DNA of 64,000 nucleotides from a virus. Its lineage: Duplodnaviria > Caudoviricetes. The translations under genes were made by a program, and so were the position numbers. The notes under the pieces are model-generated. The model was given only the letters and a program-made list of their open reading frames with translations, did no database searches and was not told the DNA's origin. This document shows, in pieces, positions 7,530 to 16,435 of this stretch (position 1 is its first letter; every line of letters begins with the position of its first letter). The stretch is taken from positions 1,340 through 65,339 of IMG/VR virus record IMGVR_UViG_3300017922_000003. One strand, written 5' to 3'.

Positions 7530-7566
7530 AAAATAAAGCAAAAGGCGGGGGCCGAAGCCCCTCGCC
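7530..7566 (-). terminator. Intrinsic terminator after the 174-aa gene
   Basis: Minus strand GGCGAGGGGC-TTCG-GCCCCCGCC then TTTTGCTTTATTTT. Confidence 0.7.
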
Positions 7567-7575
7567 AAAAAAATA

Positions 7576-8100
7576 TCACTTAAGGTTCTTGCGAACCTCC
7601 GACAGAAGCTTTCCAGCCTCCGTCTGTCCCAGTTTCACCTGGGACTTTTGGGGCTTTTTGCCCCTTGAGGACTTTTCGGTCCTCTTTTTCCTAGTTTTCT
7701 TTTTCGAGGACTTCTCAGTCCTCTGTTCCTTTTTGACTGCCTTTACGACAGTCATTGAGGAGAATCTTTCGACCTCCTCTTTGTTTAGAGAGCTGAGCAG
7801 CCCCCTCGTCTGGACGAAGGCTACCCTCCTCTCACGGAGCCACTTATCTTTCAAGCGCTCCGTTCTTTTTAGGCTAGCCACTACTGTGGCGTAGCCTTCC
7901 TTACTATTGGGGTCCGGATAAAGTTCATCCATCCCCCTTTTAATCGTCAGCAAGGTGCTCTTTGCACCCGCTAACTTTGAGAGGACCATCTCGGCCCTCT
8001 CGTATTTTTCATTCAGGGTTTCAACCCTTTTCAGGGCTTCCGCCCTCCTTTTCTTTTCGAGACCTTTCTCAAGGTCTCTTTTCAATTTCAACAAATCCAT
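7576..8100 (-). CDS. Highly basic coiled-coil protein (174 aa), probably nucleic-acid binding
   Basis: K/R-rich with a repeated RTEKSS unit; RBS GAAAGGGGG. Confidence 0.75.
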   Translation of the reverse strand: MDLLKLKRDLEKGLEKKRRAEALKRVETLNEKYERAEMVLSKLAGAKSTLLTIKRGMDELYPDPNSKEGYATVVASLKRTERLKDKWLRERRVAFVQTRGLLSSLNKEEVERFSSMTVVKAVKKEQRTEKSSKKKTRKKRTEKSSRGKKPQKSQVKLGQTEAGKLLSEVRKNLK

Positions 8101-8361
8101 GATTTTTCCCCCTTTCTCCTCGCCACACCCATGGACTAGTGTGGGTCACAGGAGTAGAATTTAGGTCTTTTATTTTTAGTCAATAGGGTCATTACCCAGG
8201 ACCCGAGCCCATTGCTCGTATCAACCCAACTGTTAACAGTCAGGCTCATATGAGGAATGAGCGTGGTAAAATAAAAATGTGTCCCCGGCGTGGGGCCGAG
8301 GACAAACCCCGTGTTGATTTACACAGCACACGGGAAAGCTGCGATACCCAAGGGGGAGGAT

Positions 8362-8508
8362 TTATTCCTCCTCCTTGTTTTCCTCAGGCTCCTCGATGGG
8401 CATATTGCCCTCGAGGATTTCGCTTATACTGGCATATTCGCCAGCAAAGCTTTTCTCATCCACCGTTGCTAGGCGGACAAGAAATTCAAGACCCTTTTTC
8501 CAATCCAT
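8362..8508 (-). CDS. Small acidic early protein (48 aa), first gene of the leftward arm
   Basis: Perfect RBS AAAGGAGGTGA before ATG at 8508 (MDWKKGLEF...EEPEENKEEE); 3' half of track ORF 8362..8664. Confidence 0.7.
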   Translation of the reverse strand: MDWKKGLEFLVRLATVDEKSFAGEYASISEILEGNMPIEEPEENKEEE

Positions 8509-8608
8509 GATGTCACCTCCTTTCAAATAATGTCTCCTACACCGGCTGAGAAGAAGGGCACGGGCAAAAATCTCAGCCCCTCTACCACCCGGATATAGGA
8601 GCATAGTT

Positions 8609-8732
8609 CTCCCTCCCTGTAATCCTCTCTTTTTACATTCAGTACCCCCCTCTGTTTTCTTCACTTTTCCCAGTACTCCCTCCCTGTATACGAAGTAGAT
8701 TCGTATCTTCCACGAATAATCCTCTCTTTTTA
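8609..8732. repeat. Pyrimidine-rich block with two interleaved direct repeats
   Basis: CTCCCTCCCTGTA at 8609 and 8676; TAATCCTCTCTTTTTA at 8620 and 8717. Confidence 0.7.
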
Positions 8733-8741
8733 TCTAACTGT

Positions 8742-8760
8742 TGTTATATCTACATATGAG
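8742..8760 (+). promoter_or_regulatory. Late promoter motif TGTTATATCTA-N5-GAG (terminase operon)
   Basis: Matches the motif found at the start of eight other late operons. Confidence 0.7.
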
Positions 8761-8774
8761 ACGTGAACACCTTA

Positions 8775-8844
8775 TAACGACCTTGAAAAAGCCGTTGCCT
8801 GAAGGGTAACGACCTTGAGTTTCAGGTCGTGCTGTAGGTAAGGA
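8775..8844 (-). repeat. Inverted copy of the iteron array (two perfect boxes, one degenerate)
   Basis: TAACGACCTTG at 8775 and 8807, TAAGGA at 8839 (32-bp spacing); spacers match the reverse complement of parts of 2913-2990. Confidence 0.8.
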
Positions 8845-8851
8845 AAGAAAG

Positions 8852-9613
8852 GTGGAGGTGCGACTAGTGTCCCAAAACAATGGACGAGAGTCTAAAAATA
8901 AAGAAATAGATCTCCTGTCTGAAGTGAGTAATGCGTTAGAGCGCAAGGAGAGGCAGAAGCGTAGTTTACGTGAGAAGTTAGCGTTGGCACGTGTTGGTAG
9001 TGGGGCAAACACGGGGCCGTTAGAGATACGCGATGTTGATCCATACATTGATTTAAGTGGTGTGGATGATGAGACGAGGGAGAAGATACAGCAGAGGCTC
9101 AGGTTACTTAGCAGGGGAATTAGTTTTACTGGTGTATTGAATTGCAAGGGGCACAAGGCGTGTCCTTACCGGGACGGTTGTCCATTTATTGGGTTGGAGC
9201 CCAAGGGGGAGAAGTGTCCTATGGAGATGGCGTCGCTGGATCGTATGTTTGACGCTTATTTTCAGAGTCTTGGTATAGATGGTCAGGATGCTGCGGAGAT
9301 AACGCAGTTACAGTCCCTATTGGATTTAGAGCTTAAGATCATGCGTGCGAATGCGCAATTGAGTGAAGATGGGATGGAGCAGAGCACGTACAAGCAGGGA
9401 CAGGACGGTTCGACGTTTGTTGAGAAAAAACAGCATCATTTGCTGAAGACGCTTGAGACCTTGCACAATCAGAAGATGAAGATGCTTAAGAGTTTCAAAG
9501 CCACGCGGGAAAGTCGCGATGTGGAAAGGGATGTCTTTGATTTATCCAACAGAATAAACGAGCTACACAAAGCCCAGGGGCAGAAATCTCGGGGTCAAGG
9601 GAGTGATAAATAA
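8852..9613 (+). CDS. terS: Probable terminase small subunit
   Basis: First late gene, upstream of TerL; Cys cluster (C.GHKAC....CP....CP.E) and a helical C-terminus (...KKQHHLLKTLE...KMLKSFKATRESR) typical of TerS oligomerisation regions. Confidence 0.6.
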   Translation: MEVRLVSQNNGRESKNKEIDLLSEVSNALERKERQKRSLREKLALARVGSGANTGPLEIRDVDPYIDLSGVDDETREKIQQRLRLLSRGISFTGVLNCKGHKACPYRDGCPFIGLEPKGEKCPMEMASLDRMFDAYFQSLGIDGQDAAEITQLQSLLDLELKIMRANAQLSEDGMEQSTYKQGQDGSTFVEKKQHHLLKTLETLHNQKMKMLKSFKATRESRDVERDVFDLSNRINELHKAQGQKSRGQGSDK

Positions 9614-10500
9614 TGGTTGCTGGTAAAAGTGTTCTTGATTATTTAATTGGTGCTATTGGCGGAATGGGTAAGAGATGGAAGAAGGCAGCTGGTGCTGAAG
9701 CTGTTGAAAACGCCAAGGGTGCTTTAAATAAGGTGTTTGGAGCAATAGGTTTTCGTCGAGCCGGCAGACAGGCTGTGGTTGATGCAGGACAGGCTGCTGG
9801 TGGTGGCAGTAAGTTGTTTAGAGGTATCTTTGGTTTTGCTGGTGGTGACGCTGGTTTTGAAGCTAAGAACACCATCGCTGCTGTTTCCCAGCCATTAGCC
9901 GAATATGCTAGTGATGTTCAATACTATAGAACCTTGAAAGGTAAAGCTGCTGGAATAACAAAAAAGCTTAGCAAAGATACTCCTGAGAAAGTTAAAGCAA
10001 TAGCCAAAAAGGTTGAAAATGCCTATGCAAATGGCGATGTCGATGCTATAAAGGCAGCCAACAAAGATGCTTTTGATTACATAAAAACTTTGAAAAACGC
10101 AGACTACAGAGAACAAGCCGCAAAACAATTTAGAGAGACAGGTCTTGGTGAATTACTCAATGCAAGAGGAATGTCACGATACAACTCTTCGTATGATCGT
10201 CTCAAAGGTAGTTTGAATCAAGTTGGGGCAGAAATTGCAGATGAAAAAGCTTTAACGAACTGGGCTGCTAATGCCTCTGCTTCTGATCTAAAAGCCTTGC
10301 GTGCTATTAAACCAGACACTGGTTTGAGTTTCTGGGGAAAATCAGCTGTAGCTGGAATAACAAGAGGCGGTCTTGTTGGAGGGGTTGCAAGGGCTTCGCT
10401 ACCATTCGTGGGAATAGGCGGTACCATATATGCTTTCAAGAAACCTTTCGAAATGATTGATGTTGCTACCGAAGAGATAAAGAGAAACGGAGGGCTATAA
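9613..10500 (+). CDS. Gly/Ala/Lys-rich protein with C-terminal hydrophobic segment; possible internal/ejection protein
   Basis: 295-aa ORF coupled to terS by TAATG; call rests on composition only. Confidence 0.6.
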   Translation: MVAGKSVLDYLIGAIGGMGKRWKKAAGAEAVENAKGALNKVFGAIGFRRAGRQAVVDAGQAAGGGSKLFRGIFGFAGGDAGFEAKNTIAAVSQPLAEYASDVQYYRTLKGKAAGITKKLSKDTPEKVKAIAKKVENAYANGDVDAIKAANKDAFDYIKTLKNADYREQAAKQFRETGLGELLNARGMSRYNSSYDRLKGSLNQVGAEIADEKALTNWAANASASDLKALRAIKPDTGLSFWGKSAVAGITRGGLVGGVARASLPFVGIGGTIYAFKKPFEMIDVATEEIKRNGGL

Positions 10501-10501
10501 C

Positions 10502-11413
10502 ATGCCTTCTGCTGCATATTTTCTCAACAATGACGTAACAGCACAGTCTCAAAGTGATGCTCTTGCTGCTACCGGTGGAGCATTAAAAGCCGGGCTGGGA
10601 CTTGGTGGAGCGTGGTTTGTTGAAGAAATGCTTGCTGAACGCATGGAGCTGGCTCCGTTCCAAAAAACCGGGAGAATTACCAGTGCTATTAGCGAAAGGA
10701 TATTTGGTTTAAAGGGAGTAGGATTGCATCAACTTTCAGATGTTAACTATCCACTTGCATTTAAAGAAAAAGCCAATGTATTGTTGTGGCGTAACAGGTA
10801 CGCCCGTAAAGCTGCTAAGTACGTAAATGCTTCGATCGAAGGGAAAGCTGCCGGTGAGTTCTTGAGTTCTGCGGTTAAGGCTGGAAATAAGACTATTTCA
10901 CTCAAAACACCCACAACCCTATTTGGTTTTAAAACTGAAAATCAGGGGTTGCTCTTCAATATGAATTTAACTGGCGGAGGAAAGAAATTTTCTAAAGGAT
11001 TTATAGGTCAGGCGAGAGGCAAGATAGCCAGTCTTATTAAGAGTAAAAATTATGCAGCTGCAAAGAAACTCGGTGCCTATGCCACTTCTGTACTTGGTCA
11101 GTCTATAGGTTCTTACATAATTGCCTTTGATGTCGCCAGCACGGTGGCTATGGGAATCAATCTGGCACGTGGAGCATTTAACTATTTTGAAGGTTTGGGA
11201 CAGGCTGCCAAAGCTTATGCGCGCGAGTCCATAGGATCCGAAAACTCTGTTGCTGTTCCGGACTTTGTTGATTCTCAGGCCAATCAGGCTATGAGACAGG
11301 CGAATGTGCAGGAACTTATGCAGTCCCGACAGCAGACGGTTATGCAAAACACGAACGAAGCTTCCATGCTGAAAAACAACCCATACAAATTTTACAGATA
11401 TATTGGAGGTTGA
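10502..11413 (+). CDS. Gly/Ala-rich amphipathic protein; possible internal/ejection protein
   Basis: 303-aa ORF in the operon with GxxxG-type hydrophobic stretches. Confidence 0.6.
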   Translation: MPSAAYFLNNDVTAQSQSDALAATGGALKAGLGLGGAWFVEEMLAERMELAPFQKTGRITSAISERIFGLKGVGLHQLSDVNYPLAFKEKANVLLWRNRYARKAAKYVNASIEGKAAGEFLSSAVKAGNKTISLKTPTTLFGFKTENQGLLFNMNLTGGGKKFSKGFIGQARGKIASLIKSKNYAAAKKLGAYATSVLGQSIGSYIIAFDVASTVAMGINLARGAFNYFEGLGQAAKAYARESIGSENSVAVPDFVDSQANQAMRQANVQELMQSRQQTVMQNTNEASMLKNNPYKFYRYIGG

Positions 11414-11417
11414 TTTC

Positions 11418-13127
11418 TTGTCAACCAAAACACTTAATATGCAACAGCAATACCAGAAGATGGCTCAGGAGTATCTTGGTGTGGATTATGAGCTTGAGCA
11501 AATGTGTGTTGACTGTGTTCTCAGAAGACTTGAGAACGATATAAACGAGCACCGAATACCTTGTAAACCTCTTGAAAAAGGTACGATAGATGATCAGATA
11601 CCTCAAACTAAAGATGATTATTTACTTAAATTAGCGGAAGATCCCGCATTCTTTTCAAAAGAGATGTTTGAAATGGAATTGCGAGGATTTCAAAAAGAGA
11701 TATTGTACTGCACGTCCCGTAGGAAAGTGCTCAGGATTTGTCGTAGAGCCGGTAAGACTGAAGCGATGGCTATAGCTGCTATCAAGCACGCCATTACACA
11801 TAAAGATCAGGAAATACTGGTCGCTGCTCCCATGGAATCACAGGTTAAAAATCTGTTTGAAAAGATGAACAAGCATCTTATCAATTCAGAAGCGTTGCGT
11901 AATTCCGTGATTAAACAATCCACAACCAAAACACGGCTCTATCGTTCAAAACCTTTTGAACTTGCGTTCAACAACGGGTCTAAGATAGAAGGTTTTACTA
12001 CTGGGTCTCAGGGTGCCAAGAATATTCGTGGTCAGGACGGTTCTATGATTGTGCTGGACGAGGTTGACTATATGAACAGACCGGATATAGAAGCCATACT
12101 CGCTATCTTAGCAACCAGTCCAAAAACCACGCTTATAGCAAGTTCCACACCCTCGGGCAGACGAGATTACTTCTATCAGTGGTGTCATTCCTCTTCATTT
12201 AAAGAAATACATTATTCCTATCAGGATATAGAAATATACGATCCCAAACAGGACAGAGAGTTTAAAGAACAGTACGATAAAGAGGCGTACGAGCGTGAAA
12301 TCCTTGCCATGTTTACCCTTATGGAATCGGGCGTTTACAGGCCTGACAAGATCCAGCAGAGTATAGAAAATTACAGTTTTGATGACCCATACAACGTACC
12401 TGAAGGGCTATACACCATGGGGGTTGACTGGAATGAAACAGCTGCTGGTGTACAGATTGTAGTGGTGCGTTACGAGCCTGATAAAGGCAAGTTTAGAACG
12501 TGCAATGTGTTGGAAATACCTCCATCTCAATTCACTCAGATAGAGGCTGTGGAGAAGATTATCGACCTCAACACCATGTATCAGCCGCGCAAGATAATGC
12601 TGGACGCCGGTTATGGTAATACCCAGTTCCAGATGCTTCAAAAACATGCTGAACAGCACCCGGAATCAAAACTGGAAGAAAGGCTGGAGATGATACCGTT
12701 CCAGTCCAAGGTACATCTTGTAGATCCCGCGACAGGCAACAAGGTTAGCAGAAGCATAAAGACCCACATGGTTTCTATAAGTGCGCGTTATGTGGAAAAC
12801 AATCGTATTATCATGCCAGCTTCAGAAGATTATCCTGGCAAGCTGGTAGGTATTATGCGTAATTACGCCATTGAAAAGATAGGCAGCAACGGTGAGCCTC
12901 AATATTCCAAAGGAAAGGTTCACATATTGGAAGCATGGATACTCGCCATGTACGGCATGTGGAAGATAAGCGAAGATGGCGGTGGATTCAATATGAGAAA
13001 TCCAATCATTGTTAAAACAGAACGAGACAAGAACAGCAAACAAAGCGTTAGACGTAGTTTCAGACGCTCTCGTGGTGCTCTGGACTTATCGCGTGGAGCG
13101 CTTGGCGGTAGGAGGCGTTGGACTTGA
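11418..13127 (+). CDS. terL: Terminase large subunit
   Basis: Walker A RRAGKT, Walker B IVLDE, coupling motif SSTP, RNase H-like GVDW and LDAGYG; RBS GGAGG before TTG at 11418 (track start 11403). Confidence 0.95.
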   Translation: MSTKTLNMQQQYQKMAQEYLGVDYELEQMCVDCVLRRLENDINEHRIPCKPLEKGTIDDQIPQTKDDYLLKLAEDPAFFSKEMFEMELRGFQKEILYCTSRRKVLRICRRAGKTEAMAIAAIKHAITHKDQEILVAAPMESQVKNLFEKMNKHLINSEALRNSVIKQSTTKTRLYRSKPFELAFNNGSKIEGFTTGSQGAKNIRGQDGSMIVLDEVDYMNRPDIEAILAILATSPKTTLIASSTPSGRRDYFYQWCHSSSFKEIHYSYQDIEIYDPKQDREFKEQYDKEAYEREILAMFTLMESGVYRPDKIQQSIENYSFDDPYNVPEGLYTMGVDWNETAAGVQIVVVRYEPDKGKFRTCNVLEIPPSQFTQIEAVEKIIDLNTMYQPRKIMLDAGYGNTQFQMLQKHAEQHPESKLEERLEMIPFQSKVHLVDPATGNKVSRSIKTHMVSISARYVENNRIIMPASEDYPGKLVGIMRNYAIEKIGSNGEPQYSKGKVHILEAWILAMYGMWKISEDGGGFNMRNPIIVKTERDKNSKQSVRRSFRRSRGALDLSRGALGGRRRWT

Positions 13128-14542
13128 AATTATCTGATCTAAAAAAGAATAAATATATAGGCGAATATGTTGGTGAAAGCGATTCGAGCAAAGAAGAAAA
13201 GGCAAAAAGGCCCGTTGAGGAAGAGGAATTAGACGAACGACAACTCGCACTGCGTAAAGCTATTAGAAAGTTAGAGCTGGCAGAAAGTGCTATGAACAGC
13301 CTTTCTGACACCACCACGCAGGAAGCGAACGATTCCTACGTGGAGATCACACCAACCAGAGATGACGTGATAGAAGCGTTACAAAAGTTAAGGGAAGCCG
13401 GAGGAAAGGTTTCGCCACCATCTACAGAACAGCCCACGGGCGGAAATCTCGGATCCGGTAATCAGCCAACATCTCCTTCTGGCGAAGAACCCACAGAACA
13501 TGATATACCAATCAAAGAATACGATCCCGGCGACCCCAGTAAAATCACATTCGACGATTACATGTACGCTGCGGATATAGTCAAATATTCCATACCACCT
13601 GCAGAGGCATTTGAAAATTCTGAAGACCTTATGCCTAAATTTACGGGTGGACATGTCAGGTACGGCGACAATGTATTTGTGGATGAAAACGGTGATGTCG
13701 TTACGCTGGAAGAAGGCGATCCAGAACCGGTGGAACCGTGTATCCCATCTGGTTCATGGTTCAAACGCTTCCTTCTTAAGTTAGTGTTAAACGAAGGACT
13801 GGAAGTGGACTTTATATGGTTGTACGGAAAGATCTCTTTATGTCCCATGACAAAGATTTGGAACACCATATGGAGTAAATTGAAAGGCATTAAATTGAGC
13901 CTTCCGTGGCCCGTTGGTGATATAAACATCGGTGAAAAACTGTTCGGCTGGATTCCCTACATCTATCTTCCTGAAGAAGCTGCTTACTGGCTGGCCAAGA
14001 AAAAGCAGGAGACAATGTGCAGACCTGTGTACCTTTTAAAGAGTTACAGCTGCCATAAAATTTCCAGAAACGCATTCCTCGAAGCGCATCCAAATGACAG
14101 ACTGGCACAAGAGGTTGTCAGTGAAATAGATTCACCGGTAGCAAAGAAATTCAGAGACTCTGATGTCTTGGAAGAGTACAGCAAGTACAACGAAAATACA
14201 GCTGATGCCATACTGGCATTTGTCAATATGAGCAAGCAATTGTTCACTGGAGTAACTCCACCCACGTTAGATCAGTACGAAAATATACAGTATCAGATAG
14301 ATGTGCAAGTACCTAAAGACCTGTTCATTCTCTGCGGTTCAAATACGCTCAGCAGTGCCCTCAATGCTTTTGAAAATGGTAACAGAGATAAAGGAAACGG
14401 TATTTTAAACAAAAGAATTATGAGGCTGTTCAACATGCGAAAGAGCAGGGATTTGGAAACTACCATTGCAGATATTTCCGAATACAGAATGAATACAGGA
14501 TTCTACTATGTTGAAGACGGAATTTTCCCGGGTGATAGATAA
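13124..14542 (+). CDS. Hypothetical virion-associated protein (~472 aa)
   Basis: Long ORF overlapping the terL stop; RBS AGGAGG before TTG at 13124. Confidence 0.75.
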   Translation: MKLSDLKKNKYIGEYVGESDSSKEEKAKRPVEEEELDERQLALRKAIRKLELAESAMNSLSDTTTQEANDSYVEITPTRDDVIEALQKLREAGGKVSPPSTEQPTGGNLGSGNQPTSPSGEEPTEHDIPIKEYDPGDPSKITFDDYMYAADIVKYSIPPAEAFENSEDLMPKFTGGHVRYGDNVFVDENGDVVTLEEGDPEPVEPCIPSGSWFKRFLLKLVLNEGLEVDFIWLYGKISLCPMTKIWNTIWSKLKGIKLSLPWPVGDINIGEKLFGWIPYIYLPEEAAYWLAKKKQETMCRPVYLLKSYSCHKISRNAFLEAHPNDRLAQEVVSEIDSPVAKKFRDSDVLEEYSKYNENTADAILAFVNMSKQLFTGVTPPTLDQYENIQYQIDVQVPKDLFILCGSNTLSSALNAFENGNRDKGNGILNKRIMRLFNMRKSRDLETTIADISEYRMNTGFYYVEDGIFPGDR

Positions 14543-16377
14543 TGAAAAGAAGAAAGAATGGCGTTAATGTAACGTACAACAGAAATAAAAAGAACAGTGA
14601 TTACAGGGTACATCCTTTGCAATCAGGCGGTGATCCCGAAGTAAGAGTTGCCGCAATGACTGTTATGAATTACTTCAAGGAAAATCAGGATAAATTGCAG
14701 GTTCCAAAAGGCGATGAGCAACAGGTAAAGGACATGGTTTACCACACCGATGAATATGAGAATGGGGAAAAGCAAAATATGGACGCGGCAATGAATATGT
14801 TCAAATCCGAACAGGAATCAGAAGGAAATAGCTTTTTGCCCATAGCCGCGAATGTAAAAGGACTTGCAGGACAGTTCAAAAACCGTACAGAGAAACTTGT
14901 AGAAACGTTCAAAGGTTTTGATCCAGAAGCGGACGCACCCATTGTTATGATGCTCGAGTACAGCGAAGCTGCGTATGATTACGTAGTCGATGTGCTTAGA
15001 TTAATGCAGAATTCTGAAGACATGGAAGCAATGGGATGTTGCCTACTAGTTTACCTTCGCATGATGGGCATACGTAAAAACTCAATTGATGTGGATATAA
15101 ACACAGCGGAAGATCTTGAGAAAATCAAGGAAGCGCTTAAGAAATGGAAGAAGGTTCTCCAAACTGCATCCTCATTTTTTGATCTTCTAAACAGTCTTGC
15201 AAACTCACTTATGAAGATAATACGTTCTGCCATGATGATGGCAACATATGCATTGTTGGATGCAGTGCGGGAAATATACAACGACCTTACCGAAGGGGTG
15301 CGTGAATGGATAACAGACGCCATGGGGAATGTCGGAATCAGCATGTGTTCCGATGACGTGGTAAACATACTGAGCACATCCGACTTCGAGAGCACCGATG
15401 AGGTAATGAGCTATATCAGTATGATACTCAGTTCAAATCCTGATATAAAGGGAGCAGACGCTCAGGAAAAGGTATCAGCCTTGTTTGATTTTCTAAAAAG
15501 TACCAATGACAATGTCTCAGATATTGAAGGAGAACTTAACAGGCGTATACAATCAATTCTGGGGGATAAAAAACTCACCCAGCAGGATATCTGTGGCACC
15601 TGTCTGCCCTTTTACCGTATGACCAAAGAGATAGTTGTGAAGTCTTTTGATAACCTTGACGCAACCGTGTTGAATTTGATGGACAAATGCCTTGCCTCTA
15701 TTCCATCGTTACCTTCACTACCCAGAGAGTCTGTGTTGCTAAGGTACTCAAAACTACTTATAAAGATAATCGATAAGATATTGGAACTAGATCTGGAAGG
15801 TTTTCACGTAACGATGAACCAATGCACAAAACGTTTCGGCGGTGTGAGGGATATATCTGAAGCACCCGCCGGTGATCTCGAGAGTCCCGCTACCGGCGAA
15901 ACAGACGAAAGGCAAACTGGTAATAAACCTATCAAGGACAATGATTACGAAATTGGTAATTTGTTTGGTGTCGATATAGATAGCCAGACACCGAAAGAAG
16001 AAACAACAGGCAATATTACAGAAAGATTGCCGCTACCCCCGGAAATTGAAGCTGAACTTGGTGTTCCCACAAACATTTCTGAGATAGTTGAACGCAGTAT
16101 TACGGACTTGGGAGGCATGTTGCCGGAACTTGAAGAACTGTATAAAACCCTTGGTTCATCAGATTTAGAGGGTTTGATTAACGCATTATTACAGTCCACC
16201 GATGGTGACCTGGGCTCTCTCTTAGAATTACTTGGTCTCGATCCTAATGCCTCTACACAGGAAATACTTATGGCACTATACGATTTCCTAAAGCGTGTTG
16301 GGGACAGGCATGTAGGAGACAAATCAAGAATATTACGGCTAAGTGACAGGATAGATGAAATCATAAACACTTTTTGA
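14542..16377 (+). CDS. Hypothetical acidic helical protein (611 aa)
   Basis: Long ORF coupled by TAATG, between terL and portal. Confidence 0.75.
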   Translation: MKRRKNGVNVTYNRNKKNSDYRVHPLQSGGDPEVRVAAMTVMNYFKENQDKLQVPKGDEQQVKDMVYHTDEYENGEKQNMDAAMNMFKSEQESEGNSFLPIAANVKGLAGQFKNRTEKLVETFKGFDPEADAPIVMMLEYSEAAYDYVVDVLRLMQNSEDMEAMGCCLLVYLRMMGIRKNSIDVDINTAEDLEKIKEALKKWKKVLQTASSFFDLLNSLANSLMKIIRSAMMMATYALLDAVREIYNDLTEGVREWITDAMGNVGISMCSDDVVNILSTSDFESTDEVMSYISMILSSNPDIKGADAQEKVSALFDFLKSTNDNVSDIEGELNRRIQSILGDKKLTQQDICGTCLPFYRMTKEIVVKSFDNLDATVLNLMDKCLASIPSLPSLPRESVLLRYSKLLIKIIDKILELDLEGFHVTMNQCTKRFGGVRDISEAPAGDLESPATGETDERQTGNKPIKDNDYEIGNLFGVDIDSQTPKEETTGNITERLPLPPEIEAELGVPTNISEIVERSITDLGGMLPELEELYKTLGSSDLEGLINALLQSTDGDLGSLLELLGLDPNASTQEILMALYDFLKRVGDRHVGDKSRILRLSDRIDEIINTF

Positions 16378-16406
16378 AGCGCCCTACGTAAACTAAGGAC
16401 CCATGC

Positions 16407-16417
16407 TGTTATATCTA
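16407..16417 (+). promoter_or_regulatory. Late promoter motif TGTTATATCTA (head operon)
   Basis: 18 nt upstream of the portal ATG at 16436. Confidence 0.75.
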
Positions 16418-16435
16418 CCTTCGGGTGGTGAACGC

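Noticed and set aside
8150-8185. Sigma70 promoter for the 174-aa gene (TTGACT...TAAATT, minus strand)
   Set aside because: The spacer is 14 bp and there is no acceptable -10 at 16-18 bp.
8509-8664. N-terminal half of the 100-aa ORF
   Set aside because: It runs through the repeat block; the perfect RBS lies before ATG 8508.
2896-8844. Transposon with terminal inverted repeats
   Set aside because: No DDE transposase or tyrosine/serine recombinase motif was recognised inside and no target-site duplication was seen; kept only as a minor alternative.
16403-16435. Longer portal N-terminus from the ORF track
   Set aside because: It contains the late promoter motif and lacks an RBS; ATG 16436 has one.
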